Shown here one piece after another: positions 53,001 through 61,288 of a DNA stretch of 64,000 nt. Made by a program: the position numbers and the translations under genes. This DNA comes from Lentisphaerota bacterium (GTDB lineage: Bacteria; Verrucomicrobiota; Lentisphaeria; Victivallales; UBA1829). The stretch covers positions 156,991 through 220,990 of the forward strand of contig SUVR01000001.1 in the NCBI GenBank assembly GCA_015061915.1, in the 5' to 3' direction. Each line of letters begins with the position of its first letter. Within the stretch, counting starts at the first letter, position 1. Below the pieces are notes generated by a model. That model was given only the letters and a program-made list of their open reading frames with translations. It searched no databases and was not told the origin of the DNA.

Positions 53001-55319
53001 ATGAGTGCAAAAAAGAAGAATCGGCAGACCGCCCTTCCGGAAAATTTGAAATCCCTCTGGCAGAGATATTCCCTGTACATTTGCGGGGGACTTTTGACAT
53101 TGCTGCTGCTTTTTTCTTTTTTGTTGTGGTATAAGACCGTGCATACACCCGCTGCTGTTTCTGATGCCATCCGGCAGAATGTGGAAAAGTTCGCCACCGG
53201 TGACGGTTCGGCAGTTTTTGAGATCCTGACGGTCACGGACCGGAACGCAACCCTGAAAATGGAATCCCCCGAACTGGATCTGGAGGATGTGATCCTTTCT
53301 TATCCCGAAGGTTCCGATGCCCGAAAGATCGACGGCATCTCCATCGGCAGAGTCCGGATCAAGGGCGATTTCCGGACTGCGTGCCGTAAGTTGCTGGATC
53401 TGAAAAAACGCCGCTATCTTCAGCTGGCGGGCAATGTGACGATCCGGGAGATCGTTTACGGAAAACAGACATTCAGAGATCTGGTGATGTCGCTGGATAC
53501 CTTCAAGGGTACGCTGGATGGCGGCACGGAGATCGCATACGATCCGGATAAAAATCTGCTTCATTTAAGAAATAATGTTTTCTTCGTGCCGGAAATGTTC
53601 TATACGGAAGCGGAGTGGAAACAGGTTCCGGGTTTTATGTACTTTTTCAGGCTGCCTTCCGGTGAAGATTCTTTCCGGGCGCAGGAACTGGTGATGGATC
53701 TGACGGAAACCGTGCATCCCTTCAAACGGATCGTGAAACTGCAGGCGGAAAATCTGGTCGACTCCTACCATCTTGATGCAAATCCGGTGGGCAGATATGC
53801 AGACTCGATCCGGTACGACGCGCAAACCGGAGCGCTGGAAGTGATCTACTATAACGAACACCCGCTCCTCTCCAGTGAACAAAAGCCGGATACAGTCCTG
53901 AATGCAACACTGAATGCTGATGACGGCGTGACATTCCGTGAAAAAGAGTTTGATACGCAGGACGGCAGATTTGAATACCGGTACGAGGGAAAAATCGACA
54001 AAACGGGTAAAGTCGACGCCAAAGGCAGAGCGAACCTGAAACTACTGGGTGGTGTCCCCGCACAGGAAAGGATCAGTGAATTCGGTTATGACTGGTGTAA
54101 GGATATCTATAAACAGTACGCTTTTTCCACACCGGACTTTACCGCCCGGATCCCCGAAGTTGTTGTGAACATCGTTCCCGGCAGCAACGATTATTCGTTC
54201 AAAAATGCGGAACTCACTTTCCACGGGATCCCGTTCACGGCAAAAGATATTTTCGCCGATTGGAATTATCATGGTAATGGCACTTTTTCCATCGGAACGG
54301 TCTGCGAAAACGGCAGAAAGATCGGCAGCATTTCCGCTGGAAAGCGTGATCGGAACGGCTTTACCGGAAAAGCTCATCTCTACGGACTTGACGGAACCCT
54401 CAACGGCAAACTTTTCCCCGTTCCAGTGCAGGAAGCGAGACACTGGGAAGCCTGGAAATGGGAATATACCCTCACATTCCCCCGCCAGCAGATCAAAAAT
54501 GCGGGGCGTGATCTTCTGCCCGCCAACAGCCCCGTCCGGCTGCAGGGGTTTGCCGCTCTGAAAATGGACCACAAAGGCTTGTTTGATCTGGTGATCGATA
54601 ACGGGGAACTGGATCTTTCGCCGGTGAAATTGAGCAATTTCAGTTTGTCGACCGGAACGCAGACTTTTGCTTTTGACGGCATTGATTTCTGCGGAATCAA
54701 GTTCGGGAAAGGACAGGGAAAATATCATCTCGAAAATGGAAAATTCCATCTTGACGGTGTGACTTTTGACTGGTGCGGCGGCAAAGGAAAACTCCTGCCC
54801 CAACTGGAAAATGGCAGCTATCTGCTGGATTGTTCCGATCTGCTTCTGCCGGAACTATTCAAGACGCTGGGAATCGGCTCTTTTGCGGGAACCGGCCGTG
54901 TCTCCGGCAGGATCCCCCTCTCGGTCACGGAAGATGGCATACTGACACTGGGAAAAATGGCGTTTTACTCGGTTCCCGGCGGCAGCGAGACCTTGAAAGG
55001 GACTCTGCATGAGAATTTCAGTTCCGGTGACCCGGCTTACACGTTTGTGGCAGATGTGATGCGCAATATGAAGTATGACTGGGTCCGGCTGGATATGGAT
55101 CCTGTTCCCGAAAATGGAAAATATACCCTCCGGGTCAGCTTCCGCGGTAAGCCGGGACAAGCCCTGAACTATGAGCTTGCGCCGGGAGCGGACGGCAGTG
55201 CAATGATCCGGAAATCGGAAACGGCACGTAATTTCGGCTACTTGAATCTGAGTCTGAATCTGAGTTTGAACCTGGATCCGGAAAAATTCCGGAATGCCGT
55301 GCGCCATCTTTCCCGTTGA
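53001..55319 (+). CDS. YdbH-like (AsmA-family) envelope protein with an N-terminal membrane anchor
   Basis: It joins the upstream gene at a TAA-ATG junction. An N-terminal TM helix is present. The C-terminal segment GTGRVSGRIPLSVTEDGILTLGKMAFYSVPGG matches my memory of the YdbH (DctA-YdbH) domain. Confidence 0.55.
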   Translation: MSAKKKNRQTALPENLKSLWQRYSLYICGGLLTLLLLFSFLLWYKTVHTPAAVSDAIRQNVEKFATGDGSAVFEILTVTDRNATLKMESPELDLEDVILSYPEGSDARKIDGISIGRVRIKGDFRTACRKLLDLKKRRYLQLAGNVTIREIVYGKQTFRDLVMSLDTFKGTLDGGTEIAYDPDKNLLHLRNNVFFVPEMFYTEAEWKQVPGFMYFFRLPSGEDSFRAQELVMDLTETVHPFKRIVKLQAENLVDSYHLDANPVGRYADSIRYDAQTGALEVIYYNEHPLLSSEQKPDTVLNATLNADDGVTFREKEFDTQDGRFEYRYEGKIDKTGKVDAKGRANLKLLGGVPAQERISEFGYDWCKDIYKQYAFSTPDFTARIPEVVVNIVPGSNDYSFKNAELTFHGIPFTAKDIFADWNYHGNGTFSIGTVCENGRKIGSISAGKRDRNGFTGKAHLYGLDGTLNGKLFPVPVQEARHWEAWKWEYTLTFPRQQIKNAGRDLLPANSPVRLQGFAALKMDHKGLFDLVIDNGELDLSPVKLSNFSLSTGTQTFAFDGIDFCGIKFGKGQGKYHLENGKFHLDGVTFDWCGGKGKLLPQLENGSYLLDCSDLLLPELFKTLGIGSFAGTGRVSGRIPLSVTEDGILTLGKMAFYSVPGGSETLKGTLHENFSSGDPAYTFVADVMRNMKYDWVRLDMDPVPENGKYTLRVSFRGKPGQALNYELAPGADGSAMIRKSETARNFGYLNLSLNLSLNLDPEKFRNAVRHLSR

Positions 55320-55329
55320 GGCAGAAACA

Positions 55330-56163
55330 ATGCAGATCCTGAACTATTACTACAAAGAAGCAGATCAGACTCCGGTCATTGTGGGAATGCACACGATCTC
55401 CGTGCCTGCCGCCTGGTGCGTCTGGCGCGATCAGCTGTGCAGTTATCCGGATAAAACAGCGTTCCTTGACATTCCGGCGGGTAATGATGAACGGATCATT
55501 CTGCTGGCTCTGCCCGGAGAGACATACCGCCGGATCATGTTTGCGATCCCCCGGCAGGAACTCCGGAAACCGGGCGCTGCGCAGGCTCTTTATGATGCCC
55601 TGTTGACCATTGATCCGGAACAGATTGCAGAGACAGTCGAAAATCAGCGTCCTCTTGAGCTGGAACTGAAGATGGAGGAGAGGTACGACAACAATACATC
55701 TGTTCCGGTATCTTATTCAGAATTAAACGGGTTGCAGCTGATCGGGAATACACAGCAATCGCTCCGGACCGTTGCCCGGATGTTGCCGGAAAACAGTTCC
55801 AACGAATTTTTCCAGACGTTCTTTCTGGCAGTGAATCCACCCTGCTACAATGATTCTTTCACCACGGTTGTCAGCGATGAAATGCCGGATGGTGAATGGC
55901 AAAAATTGAAGACCGAACACACCGACTATTCCAATGCCGCTATGTTCCATGACCGCCGGCACAGCTGGCTCCGTAAACATCAGCGTCCCCGGATCCTTAT
56001 GCAGATCCTGTTTTTCTTTGTGATCTTACTGGCAATGGGGGTCGTTTGTATGCACTTTCTCCGTCTGAATCAGGCGCTTGCCAGAGAAAACCGGCAGTTG
56101 AAAGAGCAGAACAAACAGCTGGAATTTGAGATGCAGCGGATCCTGCATTCGCCGGATCAGTGA
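55330..56163 (+). CDS. Hypothetical tail-anchored protein with a C-terminal coiled coil
   Basis: The start is the ATG at 55330, with a GAGG upstream. A single TM helix (ILMQILFFFVILLAMGVVCM) lies near the C-terminus and is followed by a QLKEQNKQLE coiled coil. Confidence 0.55.
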   Translation: MQILNYYYKEADQTPVIVGMHTISVPAAWCVWRDQLCSYPDKTAFLDIPAGNDERIILLALPGETYRRIMFAIPRQELRKPGAAQALYDALLTIDPEQIAETVENQRPLELELKMEERYDNNTSVPVSYSELNGLQLIGNTQQSLRTVARMLPENSSNEFFQTFFLAVNPPCYNDSFTTVVSDEMPDGEWQKLKTEHTDYSNAAMFHDRRHSWLRKHQRPRILMQILFFFVILLAMGVVCMHFLRLNQALARENRQLKEQNKQLEFEMQRILHSPDQ

Positions 56164-57506
56164 TCGAAAAAGTAATCCTGATAACAAATCTCAAGATTGG
56201 GATTGCGCAAACGCCGGATCGCCCGCTGTTCAATCTGGCGGATCCGTTCCCGTGTCAAGTTGAAAAGTGTGCTTAACTCAATCAATGTCTTCGGTTTGCA
56301 GCCGTCAAGACCGTACCGGAGACGGATGATTTGCTGTTCCCGTTCCGGCAGATTGCTGATCGCCTTTTTCAGATTTTCCATAAGGCGGCGGGATGTCATC
56401 TGCTGGGTGGGATCAACTGCATTGTTATCGCAGAGCAGATTTTCCAGCAGATCTTTTTCGGTATAGTCGGAAGACGGCGCCTGCAGGGAGATGGTTTGAC
56501 AAGCCATTTTCTTGATGGCGCTGATCCGTTCCCGGGGCAGTTCCAGCAGGGCGGAGAGTTCCTGATCGGTAGGCATATGCCCGTTCCGCTGGAGAAAATC
56601 CTGTTCCGCTTTGCCGATCCGCACGATGGATGCGATCATGTGCGCAGGCAGCCGGATCACCCGGGATTGATTCGCAATGGCGCGGCTCAACGCCTGTTTG
56701 ACCCACCATGCTGCGTATGTGGCAAAACGGTGTCCCAACTTGTAGTCGAACTTGTCGATTGCCCGGAGCAGCCCCAGATTTCCTTCCTGGATCATATCCG
56801 AAAGCTGGATACTTGAACCGTGATAGTGCTGCGCAAGGCTGACGACCAGTCGCAGGTTACAAGTGACCACCTGCTGGCGCAGTTCTTCCAGTTTTTCAAA
56901 TTCCCGGTCCAGCAGAGCAAGTTTTTCCAGAAATTCCTCTGCATCCATACTTAATTTTTCAGCAAGAGTCATATGGGTTTCAGCAAAAAGGTCATCGCCG
57001 GAGCTGAGATAGCTTTTCCGGAAGACTTTTACCACATCGTACCATTCCTGCAGTTTTTCCCGGCTGGCAGGATACTGTTTGAGCAATTCCACTGCTTTCT
57101 TCCGGTGGGCGGTAACGGTGGATTTTTTCCCATTGTAAGCCCGTTTCAGCTTCCGGGAAAGATCTTCCAGCTCCTGAAGCCACCCCTGCAGCTTGATGGT
57201 CAGTGCCGCCATATCCCGGTCACTTTCTGTTTCCGGGAAGGTGGAAGGCGGGAAAAAATCGGGCAGCAGCGTGAGAGCGGAAGGGCTGCGGAGCGTGTTG
57301 ATGTGTTCCCATTGAACAAAGGTGAAGGTATAAAGGATGTCCCGGATCCGGTCTGTAGCAGCCTCCATCTGATCCCAGAGCGCCCGTTCTGCTTCGGGAG
57401 TCAGCGGCTCGCTGTCGGTCAGATGCTTGTAATATTGCTTCAGAGAGTCAATGTCTCCATGGATCCCCCTGCGGGGATGTGCCGTGGATTTTTCCGGATC
57501 GTTCAT
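56157..57506 (-). CDS. RNA polymerase sigma-70 family factor (RpoD/RpoS group)
   Basis: Region 2 is FATYAAWWVKQALSRAI and region 3 follows. Region 4.2 is TLIELSTLFNLTRERIRQIEQRAIRRLR. Confidence 0.88.
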   Translation of the reverse strand: MNDPEKSTAHPRRGIHGDIDSLKQYYKHLTDSEPLTPEAERALWDQMEAATDRIRDILYTFTFVQWEHINTLRSPSALTLLPDFFPPSTFPETESDRDMAALTIKLQGWLQELEDLSRKLKRAYNGKKSTVTAHRKKAVELLKQYPASREKLQEWYDVVKVFRKSYLSSGDDLFAETHMTLAEKLSMDAEEFLEKLALLDREFEKLEELRQQVVTCNLRLVVSLAQHYHGSSIQLSDMIQEGNLGLLRAIDKFDYKLGHRFATYAAWWVKQALSRAIANQSRVIRLPAHMIASIVRIGKAEQDFLQRNGHMPTDQELSALLELPRERISAIKKMACQTISLQAPSSDYTEKDLLENLLCDNNAVDPTQQMTSRRLMENLKKAISNLPEREQQIIRLRYGLDGCKPKTLIELSTLFNLTRERIRQIEQRAIRRLRNPNLEICYQDYFFDH

Positions 57507-57655
57507 ATCATTCGCTGCTCTCTGGTTTCTGTAGTTTTTTTGTGCCGGATAAACATAACAGAACTTTTGCCGGTTGTCAAGTGCAGAATCAAAAAAAATG
57601 CAGGAAAAGCAACTTCCGGTAAGAAAAAATCTTAAAAAAATTTCATGATCTGCGT

Positions 57656-57684
57656 TTGTTTTTTGAGGGAATATGCGCTATAAT
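57656..57684 (+). promoter_or_regulatory. Candidate promoter of mraY
   Basis: TTGTTT (57656-57661), a 17-nt spacer, then TATAAT (57679-57684). Confidence 0.4.
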
Positions 57685-57736
57685 ATGGCTCATCGGAAAA
57701 TAACTGAAAACGACTTACCGGGAACTGCTGAAAATT

Positions 57737-58828
57737 ATGTTTTATTACCTGATCCATCTCTGGTCCGGCTATCAGAATACGCCGTTGCGCCTTATTGATT
57801 ACTCCACCTTCCGTTCGGGCGCTGCCCTGTTGACCGCATTTCTGCTGTGTATCTTTTTCGGACCGATGACCGTGCGGATGCTGAAGAACGCCATCGCCCC
57901 GGAACGGCTGAAGGGTCTTGTGGATGAAAAGTTTATTGATCAGCAGAAAAGTAAAACCCCCAGTATGGGCGGCTTGCTGATTGTCTTTGCTATTGCGGTT
58001 TCCACCGGTTTGTGGAGCGATTTTTCCAATCCGCTGCCGGCTGTGTTTCTCGGTACCCTCCTCACATACAGTGCGATCGGGTTTATTGACGACTTTTACA
58101 AAGTTTTCCGCAAGGACCGTGACGGGATCCGGGGTCGTACCAAGCTGATCCTGCAGTTTCTCAGTGCGGGCGGGGCGCTCTGGGCGTTTCACCAGATCTC
58201 GCCGGAGACTTTCACCCAGTTTACGGTGCCGTTTATGAAGGGGGCGCTTTTTGTTATGCCGGTCTGGCTGGCGTATCTTTACGGTGCTTTGGTTGTGGTG
58301 GGTGCTTCCAACGCCGTGAACCTGACCGACGGCAAGGATGGACTCTGTACCGGTTGTATGATCTTCTGTGCGTTGGCGTATGGCGTGTTTGCTTATGTGA
58401 CCGGACACCGGGTCTTTGCGGAATATCTGGATGTGAATTACATCGCCGGTGCCTCGGAAGTGGTGGTGCTGACTGCCGCTCTGATCGGAGCGTGTATCGG
58501 TTTCCTCTGGTTCAACTGCCATCCCGCCGCCATGTTTATGGGGGATACGGGCAGTCTGGCGCTGGGCGGTGTGATCGGGTTGATCGCCGTGCTGGTGAAG
58601 CAGGAACTGCTGCTGGTTATCGTGGGCGGCGTATTTGTGATGGAGATCGTGTCCGTGATGCTTCAGGTCGCCAGTTTCAAGCTGACCGGAAAACGGATCT
58701 TCCGCTGTACGCCCATTCATCACCATTTTGAACAGGGCGGCTGGACCGAAACCCAGATCGTGACCCGCTTCTGGATCCTTGCCGGATTGCTGGCTTTTAT
58801 CGGAATGGCTACGTTGAAGATCCGCTGA
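57737..58828 (+). CDS. mraY: Phospho-N-acetylmuramoyl-pentapeptide transferase
   Basis: The motifs K..TPSMGG, IGFIDD, NAVNLTDGKDGL, GDTGSLALGG and the C-terminal PIHHHFE are typical of MraY. Confidence 0.95.
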   Translation: MFYYLIHLWSGYQNTPLRLIDYSTFRSGAALLTAFLLCIFFGPMTVRMLKNAIAPERLKGLVDEKFIDQQKSKTPSMGGLLIVFAIAVSTGLWSDFSNPLPAVFLGTLLTYSAIGFIDDFYKVFRKDRDGIRGRTKLILQFLSAGGALWAFHQISPETFTQFTVPFMKGALFVMPVWLAYLYGALVVVGASNAVNLTDGKDGLCTGCMIFCALAYGVFAYVTGHRVFAEYLDVNYIAGASEVVVLTAALIGACIGFLWFNCHPAAMFMGDTGSLALGGVIGLIAVLVKQELLLVIVGGVFVMEIVSVMLQVASFKLTGKRIFRCTPIHHHFEQGGWTETQIVTRFWILAGLLAFIGMATLKIR

Positions 58829-58843
58829 CCGGTTTGCCGGTGA

Positions 58844-59689
58844 TCACATCCCCATCACGCGGAGGGCGGGATAAAGCCGTTCTGCCAGCGGCACAGTCAG
58901 CGGCGTCAGCATGATCAACGCCGATGCAAGAGCGATGAACGGCACAAATGGAATGGGGCGGTGCCGCATTTTCGGCTTGATCCGTTTATAGACCGGCGCA
59001 ATGACCAGTGCCAGGACCGCTGCCGTCAGCAGCAGCCAGAGAAAATTTATGATCCCCGTCACCGGTGCAAGAACCGTCAGAAGTTTCACATCTCCCCAAC
59101 CGAAAACCTGTTTCCCGGTCAGACCCCGCCCCAGCATGGCAAAGCCGCAAAGCAGGATCCCCGGCACGACCATGTTGGCAAGCAGATACACAGCGATCTC
59201 CTGCCAGTGACCGTACTGTTTCCAGACAAGGATCAGAACCACAGTAATGAGTTGGGTCATTACGATGCTGTCCGGTACGATCCGGTAATCACAGTCTGTA
59301 AACGCCGTTGCGATCAGGACTGCGGCGGTAATACTGTAAAGCAGCAGGACCGGTGCGCCGGCTTCCGCTTTCACAAAGTACACCGCCAGAAACACCAGCC
59401 CGGTCAGACTTTCCACCAGCGGATAACGGATCGAGATCGGCTGTTTGCAGCCGCTGCATTTTCCCCGCAAACAAAGCCAGCTGATGACCGGGATGTTTTC
59501 CCACGCACGGATCGGATGATCACATTTCGGACAATGGGATGGCGGCGAGATCAGGCTCATTCCGTTGGGAATCCGCCAGATGCAGACATTCAGAAAACTG
59601 CCGATACAAAGCCCTACCCACAGCCAGAGAAGTCCCCCCAGCCACGGCGTCGCCACAAAAAGGTTGTACGATTCCGCAAAAGATAACAT
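58844..59689 (-). CDS. pilD: Prepilin peptidase (A24 family)
   Basis: The N-terminus has a zinc-binding segment, CPKCDHPI...CSGCKQPI. A polytopic peptidase domain follows and contains GWGDVKL. Confidence 0.88.
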   Translation of the reverse strand: MLSFAESYNLFVATPWLGGLLWLWVGLCIGSFLNVCIWRIPNGMSLISPPSHCPKCDHPIRAWENIPVISWLCLRGKCSGCKQPISIRYPLVESLTGLVFLAVYFVKAEAGAPVLLLYSITAAVLIATAFTDCDYRIVPDSIVMTQLITVVLILVWKQYGHWQEIAVYLLANMVVPGILLCGFAMLGRGLTGKQVFGWGDVKLLTVLAPVTGIINFLWLLLTAAVLALVIAPVYKRIKPKMRHRPIPFVPFIALASALIMLTPLTVPLAERLYPALRVMGM

Positions 59690-59692
59690 GGA

Positions 59693-61273
59693 TCAATTCT
59701 CCTGTTCCGCCTTGAGACGGGCAATTTCGTTCAGCCACACGGTCGATGCCGCATCGGAGGGCATCGTCCAGCTGCCGCGGGGCGAAAGGCTGATCTCCGT
59801 TGCCTGCGGTCCATCCGCCGAACAGGACCGTTTGAACTGCTGGGAGAAGAAGCGTTTGAAAAAGATCTCCATCACCCGCAGGATCTCACAGGCGGGATAC
59901 TTGCCTTGAAACGCTTTTTCCGCACCGGAGAAGATGGCACGGACTGTTTCCCGGCTCCGGATAAAGTGATACAGGAAAAAGTCGTGCAGTTCGTAAGGTC
60001 CGAGCAGACTTTCTGTTTCCTGAGCAATGTTGCCGTCCTTGTCTGCGGGCAGCAGTTCCGGGGAGATGGGGGTGGCAAGCACATCTTTCAGGATCCTGCC
60101 GATTTCGCCGCCTGCATTGTCTGCATACCAGTCCGTCATGACCCGCACCAGTGTTTTGGGGATGGAGCAGTTGACGTTGTACATTGACATATGGTCGCCG
60201 TTGTAAGTGGACCATCCCAGTGCGATCTCGGAGAGGTCGCCGGTCCCCACAACGATCCCGCCCTCCCGGTTGGCGGTATCCATCAGGATCTGGGTCCGTT
60301 CCCGCGCCTGAACGTTCTGATAGGTCACACTCAAATCTGCCGGATCGTGTCCGATATCTTCAAAATGCTGAAGACAGGCTTTGGTGATGTCCACGGTCCG
60401 CAGATCGCAGCCCAGCAGTTCGGAAAGTTTTTCCGAGTTGCTTTTTGTCCGGTTGGTCGTCCCGAAACCGGGCATGGTGATGGCGACCAGCCGGTCCGGT
60501 GTCCAGCCGAGACGTTTGACCGCCTCTGCCGCCACCAGGATCGCCAGGGTGGAGTCCAGACCTCCGGAGATGCCGATGACCGCTTTTTTGGAATAGCTTG
60601 CCTCCAGACGCCGCAGCAGTCCGGTGACCTGAATGTTGAAGATCTCTGCGCAGTCTTTTTTTCGGTCTGCAGGGATAAAGGGCAGGGCAGGGCTTGCCGC
60701 GTCAAACACAACTTCCGGGAAGTCCGGAAATTCGATCCCGAACTCTGCCGGGTCTTCGCTGACATCTGCATAGATGATCTGGCTTTCCCGGCAGAACCGT
60801 TCGCTTTCCGCAAGGAGTTTGCCATTCTCCCAGATCATGGCGTGTCCATCGTAAACCTCATCGGTGGTGGATTCGTAAATGCCTGCCGAAGCAAAGACGG
60901 AAACGCCGGAGCGGCTGGAAAAATATTGTTTCCGGATGTCAACTTTCCCCGGACCCGCCGGGTCGGCAGCGGGGAACAGGGTCAAAGAAGAATTTTTTGC
61001 ACATTCGGCTGCATTGAAAACGGCGGTGATCGGCGTTTCTTTCAGTGCTTTTGTGATGGTCTCTATTGCCTGCTTTGCTGCTTCCTGCAGCTCCGGCATC
61101 AGAAAGAGATCGCCGCAGGTGGCGCCGGTGACGGCGAGTTCCGGAAAAAGGATCAGTTCTGCGCCGTTCGCCGCGGCTTCTCCGGTCAGACGGATGATCT
61201 CTGCTGTGTTGTATGGCACATCCGCCACTTTCAGCTTCGGGATGGCGGCGGCAATGCGGTGTTTCTCATTCAT
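59693..61273 (-). CDS. nadE: NAD+ synthetase of the glutamine-dependent lineage with a shortened N-terminal CN-hydrolase domain
   Basis: The synthetase domain has VIGISGGLDSTLA, GTGDLSEIALGW and SPRG.W. The N-terminal domain keeps FPEL and ESTTD...MIWENGKLLAESERF but lacks the segment that normally carries the catalytic Cys. Confidence 0.85.
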   Translation of the reverse strand: MNEKHRIAAAIPKLKVADVPYNTAEIIRLTGEAAANGAELILFPELAVTGATCGDLFLMPELQEAAKQAIETITKALKETPITAVFNAAECAKNSSLTLFPAADPAGPGKVDIRKQYFSSRSGVSVFASAGIYESTTDEVYDGHAMIWENGKLLAESERFCRESQIIYADVSEDPAEFGIEFPDFPEVVFDAASPALPFIPADRKKDCAEIFNIQVTGLLRRLEASYSKKAVIGISGGLDSTLAILVAAEAVKRLGWTPDRLVAITMPGFGTTNRTKSNSEKLSELLGCDLRTVDITKACLQHFEDIGHDPADLSVTYQNVQARERTQILMDTANREGGIVVGTGDLSEIALGWSTYNGDHMSMYNVNCSIPKTLVRVMTDWYADNAGGEIGRILKDVLATPISPELLPADKDGNIAQETESLLGPYELHDFFLYHFIRSRETVRAIFSGAEKAFQGKYPACEILRVMEIFFKRFFSQQFKRSCSADGPQATEISLSPRGSWTMPSDAASTVWLNEIARLKAEQEN

Positions 61274-61288
61274 ATTCAGGTGTCTCCG

